Positions 31,054 through 40,065 of a stretch of DNA of 64,000 nt are shown here, piece after piece; the stretch's first letter is position 1; every line of letters begins with the position of its first letter. This DNA is from Andalucia godoyi And28 (lineage: Eukaryota; Protista; Jakobida): contig VRVR01000052.1 in NCBI GenBank assembly GCA_009859145.1, positions 124,001 through 188,000 on the forward strand, read 5' to 3'. The notes beneath the pieces are model-generated. The model did not search any database and had not been told where the DNA came from. It worked only from the letters and a program-made list of their open reading frames with translations. Made by a program: the position numbers and the translations under genes.

Positions 31054-31989
31054 TTATCCACCGCCAGATCCGTAGGTCTTTCCGAAAACGAGCATCTGAA
31101 GCTGGTCATATCCGGAAAGAACACCGGCACCGGCAATGGCACGGAGGATGTTTGCACCCGCACCCTTGAAGAGCGACTTGTAGCCCTCCTTCTTGACGAC
31201 TTCGGAGAAGCAGTGCATGGAAGAACGGTACTTCTCGGCCTGTCCAGAGGTCATCATCATGCGGCGGCGGATGGTGTCAATGGGGTAGGATGCCAAACCG
31301 GCTCCGATGGTGATACCCCATCCGAGCAAGAATGACGCCAAGAACGAGTTCTTGAGGTCTCCGCGGAGAACAATAGGCTTGAGCGAATCGTACATTCCAA
31401 AGTACAAACCACGATAGACAACGATACCAACGGCGGAGATATTGAATCCACGGTAGAGTCCGGCAATTCCGTCAGTGGCAAGCGTCTTGCGGTAGACATC
31501 GACGAGTCCGTTGAATTCACGAGAACCTCCCTTCTTGGCACTCTTGTTGTCGTTGGCCAGGCGGGTACGCGCATAGTCCAACGAGTACACGAAGAACAGC
31601 GAGGCGGCTCCGGCAGCTCCACCAGATGCAATGTTCGACGAGAACTGCTTCCAGTACGGGTCAGTCTTCTTGACCGCGAACATTCTCTTGAACTGGTCCT
31701 TGAACGCAAAGTTCAAGGCCTGCGTCGGGAAGTAACGCACAACGTTGGCGACGTTTCCACGCCACAACGAGCCAATTCCTTCCTCGGCAACAGTGCGCTT
31801 GAAGCACTCGCCAATTCCAGAATACGGGGTTGCAAGACGGCCCTGCTTGATCATCTCGTCCTGGTTCTGGATGAGGAGCTTCACACGCTCGATCGGGGCA
31901 GCTGCAGTCTTGGAAACAGCGGCTGAGACACCTCCCATCGCGAAATCGATGAGGAAGGACATCGTGTCATTCTTCTTTTCAAGAGCCAT
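31054..31989 (-). CDS. ANT: Mitochondrial ADP/ATP carrier
   Basis: [33 protein letters not shown] signature. ATG at 31989. Confidence 0.97.
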   Translation of the reverse strand: MALEKKNDTMSFLIDFAMGGVSAAVSKTAAAPIERVKLLIQNQDEMIKQGRLATPYSGIGECFKRTVAEEGIGSLWRGNVANVVRYFPTQALNFAFKDQFKRMFAVKKTDPYWKQFSSNIASGGAAGAASLFFVYSLDYARTRLANDNKSAKKGGSREFNGLVDVYRKTLATDGIAGLYRGFNISAVGIVVYRGLYFGMYDSLKPIVLRGDLKNSFLASFLLGWGITIGAGLASYPIDTIRRRMMMTSGQAEKYRSSMHCFSEVVKKEGYKSLFKGAGANILRAIAGAGVLSGYDQLQMLVFGKTYGSGGG

Positions 31990-32719
31990 CTTGCTGGATA
32001 ATACTGGCAGTGATTCAAGAATAAGGTCAAGAAAAACGGGGCAGGATTCCAAGAGGAGAAGAGAGAGAGAGAGAAAGAGAGAAAAGCAAAAAGCAAGAAG
32101 AAGAAAAAAAGAAAAGGAATCGACAGCTGGAAGGGCGGAAGGCCAATAGACCTGGGTTGTGGGGACCTCGTGCCAAACTTGAGAACACACAGCCCTTCCC
32201 AACCGGTCAGACAAAGCGCTTGTGCGAATTTCATGTGTACCCACTAGTTGGACGGTGCGAAGTGGAATGACACTTGCTTTCCTTTGGTGGCCAATGACAT
32301 GACACGCCAATCCCTCCCTGGCGTGCACCATCCATTTTCCCACTCTCTTGCCGGAAAAAAAACTGCTATGGGTTTGGGTTTTCTCCCCAGCGTTTTCATT
32401 AGTCTAACAAACGCCGGACCTTGTCAGGTTTTATTTTTCCGTTTCTTTCTTTATGATTACTATTTTTTTTTAATTACGTGCGCTGAGGGATCGTCTCCTG
32501 CGACACTGAGGTGTGCTTCGATTCAAAGCTTTCTCTCGCGAAACGGGAACAGGAAATTCTTTGTTCTGTTTGATTCTCTCTTCCTATCGGCTGAATCGCA
32601 GGGGCTTTGCCTCTCGCAGCGGCTTCCCGCTTCGAATCGTGCAACGTCTGTAAATGCTTTTTCGTCGGCTACGACAGTCGGATTACTTTCCCCCACCAAT
32701 AAAAAGTCGCCACACATAC

Positions 32720-33361
32720 GCCTACATTATATACCCTGAGCATGCATATCTACGAATAGACATGCAAACACTTTGCTTCCGCCTCGACGTGCATGGATCT
32801 CGCCGCAGCGCCCGCACGTTTTGGACGTGTACTCCGCACCGAGCCACCTTCTCAGCGTGACGCGTTGTTCCTGAGAAGGGTGCATTTTGATTCTGACGGC
32901 CCTAGCAGCAGGCGCTTTCGTGTCCTCAGTTGCAGCGATTGATGCACCTGGAGATACGAGAGGAAGCAATGTAACTTTCGATCGGAAGCAGCCCGCCGAC
33001 ATTGTCGCACCCGCTTTGAACCCAGCGTCCTTACTGGCATCTGGACCCAGTGGTTTCCTGGAACCGTCAAGGCCTCCGAGCGCCTCACATTTTTGCGGTT
33101 CTTCCTGGACATGGCTCCGCGGCACTCGTTTCTGAACATGGCATTGACCAGCGTTATGTCCCTCTTGCATACCGTCAGCCCTCCATTCGCCTGCTCCACC
33201 GAGGGGCTTCCTAACCTGTCGTCCACTCTCTGGCGCGTGATGCACAGTTCACGATGGAAAATGGAAACTGCCTGTTCGGCGACCAGACTGGAACCTTCGT
33301 CGACGCAGTTCCATTCCCATTCGCTCGCGGTATCAGGAACTGATCGGGCAGTTGATCGCAC
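32720..33361 (-). mobile_element. Internally deleted Fanzor/TnpB element (relic B); left end not defined
   Basis: Minus-strand ORF joins the TnpB/Fanzor N-terminal HTH (RAVRIKMHPSQEQRVTLRRWLG) directly to the zinc-finger start (EYTSKTCGRCG...GGSKVFAC). It ends in the same hairpin and TAATGTAGGC terminus as relic A. Confidence 0.85.
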
Positions 33362-33861
33362 AGTGTTAAATTTAAAGAAATTCTAGCTCGTTCACAGGAC
33401 CAAGCACTGCAACGAATGCACCACCTCCTCTCGTCTGCATATTCTGTGCGCTACAGAGCGCCTGCTGTAAGCAGTCTGCAGTTGAGTCACAAAGACTTCA
33501 CTTGATCCACACTTGAATCGCATACAACCCATTCTCCTTTGAATTCACACGTCACATATTCAGCTCTCAACTTTCTCGGCTTTCTTTTTCTTCTTTTCTT
33601 TTCTTCTTTCGGTCTCCCTTTTCGCTCGCTCTTTATTACAGTTTTCATTCTGCCGCGTATTTCCATTCTTGTGCTTGTGTGATATTCACCTCGGCCATTA
33701 CCACGCGACGGCCACCGCTGCTGCATTGATTAGATCAGCCCCTACGGTTTTTCTTTTCTTTTTTTTTTTTAGAAGAGAGAAAGGCGCAACAACAACAACA
33801 ACAAGAAGAAGAAGAAGAAAAAAAAAAAAAGAAAAAGAAAAAGAAAAGAGTTCAAGAAGAT

Positions 33862-35079
33862 ATGGACATGTTTAATGGATTGCTGAACTCCCTGTTCCGC
33901 GGGCCGGGCGAAGGCGGCCAAGGGATGCCACAAGGCCGGCGACCACGGTCCGGCAATGAAAACGATATTGATGTGTTTCAGTCGTCGTACACGGCAATGT
34001 ACCCTGCTTTTCTGGACCGAGATGTGAGCCACCTGGACCAAGGCGGGAAAATACTGCTTCCCGAGTCTGCGTTAATCAAGCTTTCCCACTTGAATGTGCA
34101 GTATCCACTGATGTTTGAGCTTCGAACGGATCGAGGGACGCACACGCATGCCGGTGTTTTGGAGTTTTCGGCACCTGAAGGCTACTGCATCATTCCGCTG
34201 TGGATGTTCCGCCTACTGCGGCTGCGTGATCTCAACGACATTGTGCACATCCGCACAGTAACGTTGCCAAAAGGAACGCTGATTAAGCTCCGACCGCAGA
34301 CGTCAAACTTCCTGCAGCTGTCGGATCCTCGAGCAATTCTGGAAATGCGACTCCGGAACTTCTCTGCTCTCACTCTCGGAGACACAATTCTGATCAAGCA
34401 CGCAAATACGGAATATGCATTGGATGTCGTCAAGGTCGAGCCGGATGCCATGCGTGCGGTCGATATTGTCGAGACAGACGTCGTTGTCGAGTTTGAGGAG
34501 CCCACCGATCGACCATTGCCCACTGCAAGGGAGCAAAAACTGGCAGAGGAAAAGCTCAAGCAGGAGAAGTTGCTCAAAGAGGCAGAGCTCAAAGCAACAG
34601 CAACAGCCGCCGCCGCCGCTGCTGCTGCTGCTACCTCCTCCTCCTTCTTAGCGACAGGAACAGGAGCAGGGACTGGAGCCTCCGGTCCTTCATCTTCGTC
34701 TTCGTCTTCGTCTTCGTCTTCGTCTTCGTCTTCGTCAGCTCCGGCTCCCGGTGGCGCATCAGTGAACACCCCATCTGTTTTCCAAGGATCTGCAAGGCGG
34801 CTGGATGGAAAGCCCGCTGCTGATAGCGGCCAGACTTCGTCCATGTCCGAGATGCAAAAGGCCCGGCTGGCTGCGCTGGAACGGAAATCGGTGTTGCCAG
34901 CGGTCAGCGCAGCAGACGAGCCGCCGCCACCCTCTGGCATTGTGTTTGGAAGAGCAGCAAAGCCACCAGAGCCTGTGGCGGATAAGAAGGAGGGGAAGAA
35001 GGACACGCCAGCAGAACCGCCGAAGGAGGAGAAGCCGCCATTTGTTGCATTCCAAGGTAAGCCGAGGACGCTCTCCTGA
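33862..35079 (+). CDS. UFD1: Ubiquitin fusion degradation protein 1
   Basis: GGKILLPESAL, YPLMFEL, THAGVLEFSAPEG, LRNFSALTLGD, and SHP-box-like FQGSARRL / FQGKPRTL. Confidence 0.95.
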   Translation: MDMFNGLLNSLFRGPGEGGQGMPQGRRPRSGNENDIDVFQSSYTAMYPAFLDRDVSHLDQGGKILLPESALIKLSHLNVQYPLMFELRTDRGTHTHAGVLEFSAPEGYCIIPLWMFRLLRLRDLNDIVHIRTVTLPKGTLIKLRPQTSNFLQLSDPRAILEMRLRNFSALTLGDTILIKHANTEYALDVVKVEPDAMRAVDIVETDVVVEFEEPTDRPLPTAREQKLAEEKLKQEKLLKEAELKATATAAAAAAAAATSSSFLATGTGAGTGASGPSSSSSSSSSSSSSSSSAPAPGGASVNTPSVFQGSARRLDGKPAADSGQTSSMSEMQKARLAALERKSVLPAVSAADEPPPPSGIVFGRAAKPPEPVADKKEGKKDTPAEPPKEEKPPFVAFQGKPRTLS

Positions 35080-35948
35080 AACCCGTATCACCAATTATTA
35101 TCATCTTTCTCATCAGCACTGTCCTAGGGTTTTCTTCTTCTTTTTTCTTTTTAATTCAATGTAATTTTTTAATTTTTTAATTTTTTTGAATTCGCGCGCA
35201 CGTGCGTGTATATACCGGCAAGTAATTTGTATGTAAAGGCGCAAGAACTTGTGACGTGTTTCTTCTACCACGAAGATGTATCCGTGTTTGTTTTTAATTA
35301 TATTTAATTAATTAATTTATTAATATTTTTCTTTTGGAGAAAATATGTGGAGCATTCTGAGCGTTTTCCTTCTTCAGGCATCCTCATTCCTCAGGAGACC
35401 CTCCGGGTTTTTTCGGTGTCGTTGTCCTTTGAACACGAATCCATTGTTGTGCACTGTCAGAAAAGGACGACGTTCTTCTTTTGGATGGACGGGTAAACTT
35501 TGCGGGTTGGCGGAACTTGACTGTTGAGCTCCGCCGCCCAAGTGGCCTGTCTTCTGGTGCGTCATCGGCTACCGTTGTTGCCCGTGCATCCCATCTGAAT
35601 GCCTGATGTGCTGGGACGGAAGAGGGCAGGTTGCGAAAAGATTTCCCGCCCTTGCCCTCATCGCTGGTTTGGTCTACACCACGATCTGCTCATGCATGTA
35701 CAATTCCTGTGGCAGGGCGGGCTGTGTGTCCGTATTGTCCTCAGTGCACGAGCACTGTCTGCACGGCGCACGAGCACGAGAACACTGCCATTTATAAAAA
35801 TGTTCCACCAAACCCGGGCGTCCCCACCGTTTTCTTTTTTGCCTCTTCCGACTCGTTCTGATGTCTTCTCTCCCCTCCTTTTCATCTGTCTTCCCTTCTT
35901 CACACCTTCTGTTAGAACTCCAGTAGTATAACTAGTGTCTGTGGAACC

Positions 35949-38396
35949 ATGTGTGCGAAAGTTGCTCAAGATCCAGAGCCGTTCCCGTCTGCCGCAGAGT
36001 CCGGGTACGGCGCAGCGGGCTACGCTGCAGATGGTGCAGGCCATCCGAACGCTGCTGCAGACGGGCCTGTCTCCTCCGAGTCGCTGTTAGTGCCCTCGAG
36101 CGTCCTTCCGGAGCCGCATTCGCCAATTACGTACAAGAAGCGGCCTTCGATTTTTGAAAACCGAGATGCTGCTCTGCGAAACAAACAGCCGTTGAGAGTC
36201 CGTGCTGCAAATCTCGCGCGGGATTGGAGCCGGGAGATTGTTCGCCCACAGCACTTGCTTCTTGCGCTGTTCGCCACAGCCATCTGCGTCATCGCAGGAG
36301 TGCTTCTCTACGTCAGCATGACGAATTCCAATGAATCGCAGATCACAACGGATTTTGGAGACACCTCCAGCGATCTTGTTCGGTACACCGAGAGTTTCTT
36401 TCGTCGGACTCTCAGCGAGGATTTGAATTCCATCCGGTCTGCCATGTGCTTTGCTCCATCGATTCAGAATGTCACGTATGCTCAGTTCACTTCTCTGGTA
36501 ACGTCCAACGGGGGCGTTGCGAAGGGTGTGCAGGCAGTGCAGTGGGCTCCGCTGGTTCCTCAGTCGCTTCGGTCCTATTATGAGGCAAAGGCGCGCGTTG
36601 AGCAGAACGTGTCGACGTTCACGTTTGTCGATCGCGGTCCTGGCGGGACTTTCGTATTGGCTGCCACGCGCGCGGAATACTATCCCGTTTACTTTATTCA
36701 GCCAATTGCGGGAAACACTGCGGTTCGCGGACTCGATGATCTTGCCAACGACGTCACTCGCCGAAATGCGATTTATCTAGCACGGGATTCTGGTCTCACA
36801 ATCTGCACAAAGCCATTTGCTCTTGCGCAGACGGGGAAGCTAGGGCTTGTCTGCTATCGCGCAGCATATTCGACAATTGAGGTTCCTTCGGACCCATTGC
36901 TGCGGCCGAACGCAACGTTGGGGGCAGTAACCGGAGTGTTTCAAATTGGTACGATTTTTGATCTTATCTTGTCGGACACTTCATCTGCCCGAGAGCGGCT
37001 GGAAATTGCAGCATATGATAGCGAGGCGGGCAAGCTGTATTCCAGCCAGGAGGGTGCCTCGGCGGTCGTTGTCGGTGGATCGCCGTCGGATGTGCGTGCT
37101 GTTGCTTGGGGTCTTCGAATCACCCGAACGATTCAAGTTGGAGACCGCACGTGGACGATCGTTTGCACGCCACGACAGTCGTGGTTGGAGTCGGAAAAGT
37201 CCATTCTCCCCATCACGGTGCTCTGCATTTTCCTCGGAGTTCTTCTTATGGTACTGGGTTTTGTTCTGCTGAGAAGTTATGGTGACATGAAGGCGCGTAA
37301 GCATGCCGCTGAAAAGCAACATCTCGTCGATCGTCTGCTTCCTATCCCGGTCGGACGTGTGCTGGTGAACACATCTGCAGCTTTTGGCGGATCCAGTTCC
37401 AGTTCGTCGTCATACGCGGCGAACGGGGCCACTCACTCCAGCGACGACGATGGAATTCGTGCCATGCAGAACGTGCCGCCTCCTCTGCTGCTTGAAATTC
37501 CATTTTCTTGCGTGGTTTTCCTTGACCTCTGTGGTTTCACGCATTTCAGTGAGCAGCACGATGCCCACGAAGTAGTGGATCTGCTCTACGACTTGTTCAC
37601 CTCACTTGACGAACTTGCCGAGCGCCACGGGGTGTGCAAAGTGAAGACCATTGGAGACAACTGGATGGGCGCCACAGGACTCTTCCCAGGACAACACTCC
37701 ATCGAGCGAGAGCTCGCAATTGACGGCGCCACAACGCCCGGTTCGATCTCCCCTGCAAATGGGGCTCTGTTTTCTCGGAAAGGCAGTCAGCCGAATCCGC
37801 AGGGAGGTGCCAGATCGAACCGCAACAATTCTGTCGACCTTCTCTCGTATCATGGAAATCAGTCCACTACGCCTCATGGGAGCGAGAAGAAACTGAAGAT
37901 CACGCGCCAGATGAGCATGAAGGACGTTGTCGATGAGAATCTGTTGGTGCGCGACTCCCCACTGTGGCGAAGAGCTGTGCTGCGGTCTGCTCTTGCTTTT
38001 TCGTTGGATGCTCATGACCGTGCGTTGTTGATCTTCCAGTCTCGTGGGTTTGGAGATTCCCTCAACATTCGCGTGGGAATTCACTGTGGCCCTGTGATTG
38101 GAGCTGTGATTGGTCTGCAGCGTCCCGTGTTCGACGTGTGGTCTCCGACTGTGAACATCGCCAGTCGCCTCGAGTCCTCGTCTATCCCTGGTCGTATTCA
38201 TGTCTCCAGTTTAGTCTACGAGGAGTGGATGCGCTGCATTCATCCTGCTGGAGGAAACAACGGTGTATCACCGGACGAGTCCACATTCTTGTTTGAAAAG
38301 CGGCCGCAAGCGGTCACTCTGAAAGGCGTCGGAGCTGTCGACACTTACTGGTTGAACTCCCCGGTCGTTTCCATCACTGGTTCTCAATATGTATAG
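35949..38396 (+). CDS. Membrane receptor adenylyl cyclase: TM, CHASE, TM, class III cyclase
   Basis: CHASE motifs (VQWAPLV, RAEYYPV, VRGLD, ARDSG, PFALAQ, GDRTWTI) between two TMs; cyclase FLDLCGF, KVKTIGD, FDVW, VNIASRLES. Confidence 0.88.
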   Translation: MCAKVAQDPEPFPSAAESGYGAAGYAADGAGHPNAAADGPVSSESLLVPSSVLPEPHSPITYKKRPSIFENRDAALRNKQPLRVRAANLARDWSREIVRPQHLLLALFATAICVIAGVLLYVSMTNSNESQITTDFGDTSSDLVRYTESFFRRTLSEDLNSIRSAMCFAPSIQNVTYAQFTSLVTSNGGVAKGVQAVQWAPLVPQSLRSYYEAKARVEQNVSTFTFVDRGPGGTFVLAATRAEYYPVYFIQPIAGNTAVRGLDDLANDVTRRNAIYLARDSGLTICTKPFALAQTGKLGLVCYRAAYSTIEVPSDPLLRPNATLGAVTGVFQIGTIFDLILSDTSSARERLEIAAYDSEAGKLYSSQEGASAVVVGGSPSDVRAVAWGLRITRTIQVGDRTWTIVCTPRQSWLESEKSILPITVLCIFLGVLLMVLGFVLLRSYGDMKARKHAAEKQHLVDRLLPIPVGRVLVNTSAAFGGSSSSSSSYAANGATHSSDDDGIRAMQNVPPPLLLEIPFSCVVFLDLCGFTHFSEQHDAHEVVDLLYDLFTSLDELAERHGVCKVKTIGDNWMGATGLFPGQHSIERELAIDGATTPGSISPANGALFSRKGSQPNPQGGARSNRNNSVDLLSYHGNQSTTPHGSEKKLKITRQMSMKDVVDENLLVRDSPLWRRAVLRSALAFSLDAHDRALLIFQSRGFGDSLNIRVGIHCGPVIGAVIGLQRPVFDVWSPTVNIASRLESSSIPGRIHVSSLVYEEWMRCIHPAGGNNGVSPDESTFLFEKRPQAVTLKGVGAVDTYWLNSPVVSITGSQYV

Positions 38397-38588
38397 CTAA
38401 CAACGAGACGAAAAAAAAAAGATAACGAAAAAAGACGTTCGAGAGCCGCAATCAGAATGCAGTGTGGTCCCAGTTTCGATCTCAGTCCTCCAGCACCAAG
38501 AGAGAAGATCAAGGGGGGAGACAAAAAATAAAATAAAATGGTAAGAAAGAAAGACGAACGGCAGAATTGTTGCTTTACAAGGGTGCGC

Positions 38589-39716
38589 TTACTGCAAGGA
38601 GAAGGAGGAGGGTGCCCGTGCAGCAAGGTCAGAAATCAGAGTCAGTACGGAACGTGGCCAAAGCCATTCGGGACGCCGTGGCTGAGAAGACAGAACAGCT
38701 TCCGCCCAGGCATCCGGGATCCCAGAAAGCCCAACTCGAGCACCGCACAAGCCAGCCACGATGGCTCCGTTCGTGTCCACATCGCCTCCAAGAAGCAGTG
38801 TGTCCGCAAGTGCTTTTTCAAAAGGCTGCTGCTTTGCAAGTTCCCGAATCGCAAGCGAAAAGGCAATCTTTACCCAGCCGATGTTCACCGTTGTCATTGG
38901 CATCGCATCTCTCGACGGATTCGACACATCGGATGCCGCATCAAACCACGCACAGACCTCCTTCGCTGCGTCCTCGGCATGCTGGAGGAGAGATGTCTTC
39001 GTTGAGGACAGCAGCAGCAGCGAACTAGCAGCAAGATAGGCAGATGAGAACCGCGTCGCCAACCAAGCTCGCGCAGCTTCAAATGCGTCCTTGACATCAT
39101 TGCCACGGATCAAACGCGCAGCAATAATGACGTACATCCCCTCGCAAGCACATGCTCTGGGATTTGGGTGTGTCAGCAAAGAGTCGAGCACGCCAACAAG
39201 GGCCACATCGTCATCGGCAAGTCGGTGTCCCCAAACCGCGATGGGTGTGGATCGCATGAGAGACCCGTTCCCTTGCGAGTCCATTGATGCGTTCTTATGC
39301 ATGGTTCGTGGATTTCCTGCAGATCCGGAAAGCGCCTGTCTGGTCGTATTTCCAATGTCAAACGGCGGAGATCGGAACCATTCATGGTACCAGTGCGCAA
39401 TGGATTCCACATATCGTACAGCACCGATGGCGTCGGCATCACCTTGGGGCACTCTGGGATGCAGCAAGAGTCCTCGCGCGAGAGAAATCGCAAGCTCCGA
39501 GTCATCGGTGATCTGGCCACGACCTACGTGGAGCGCTCCCCCACCAGGAAACGTAAGGGCATGCAAAACGTCCTTTTCTGTAATTCGTTTTCCAAAGAAC
39601 TCCAATGGTGCTCCAGCAGCATCTCCAACACACGCAGCAAGAAAGCATCCTGCAGCGCGGTCCAACACCGGATCTGACCTTAGCGACTCTTTGAAACTTG
39701 AAAAGGACCTCTGCAT
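38589..39716 (-). CDS. ADP-ribosylglycohydrolase (ARH/DraG family)
   Basis: VGDAAGAPLEF, ITDDSE, GNGSLMR, GGDVDTNGAIVAGLCGA. First ATG at 39716. Confidence 0.9.
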   Translation of the reverse strand: MQRSFSSFKESLRSDPVLDRAAGCFLAACVGDAAGAPLEFFGKRITEKDVLHALTFPGGGALHVGRGQITDDSELAISLARGLLLHPRVPQGDADAIGAVRYVESIAHWYHEWFRSPPFDIGNTTRQALSGSAGNPRTMHKNASMDSQGNGSLMRSTPIAVWGHRLADDDVALVGVLDSLLTHPNPRACACEGMYVIIAARLIRGNDVKDAFEAARAWLATRFSSAYLAASSLLLLSSTKTSLLQHAEDAAKEVCAWFDAASDVSNPSRDAMPMTTVNIGWVKIAFSLAIRELAKQQPFEKALADTLLLGGDVDTNGAIVAGLCGARVGLSGIPDAWAEAVLSSQPRRPEWLWPRSVLTLISDLAARAPSSFSLQ

Positions 39717-40065
39717 CACTGTCGCCGATACCGCATCCCTTTTCCAATTCAATAAATCATACGAAGCAAAGGAAAGAATTGGAAAAAAAAAAGAATTGGG
39801 AAAAAAAATAAATTGAAGAAGGAAAAAGGAGAAATCGATACAGAGGAACAGAGAAGATGCTTGCAGACGGCCCTGTCAATGGTGATCCGTGAATGACAAG
39901 CGCTTCGTCCTACCCGCGGTGGACAACGGGACAAAAAGCTGGGCTGTGTGGTTTGCAGACATACCGATTATTGGGCACACAGGTAGACTGAGTGAGGAAG
40001 TGCCAGCAAGTAAGAAGGTACTTTACAAACGGAGGTGGAGGGAGGGGAGGAAATGAGGACGAAGG

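Noticed and set aside
35340-35800. Minus-strand frames interrupted by two TGA or two TAG codons (recoding idea)
   Set aside because: Neither frame resembles a known protein, and confident genes in the window end in TAA, TAG and TGA, so the code is standard.
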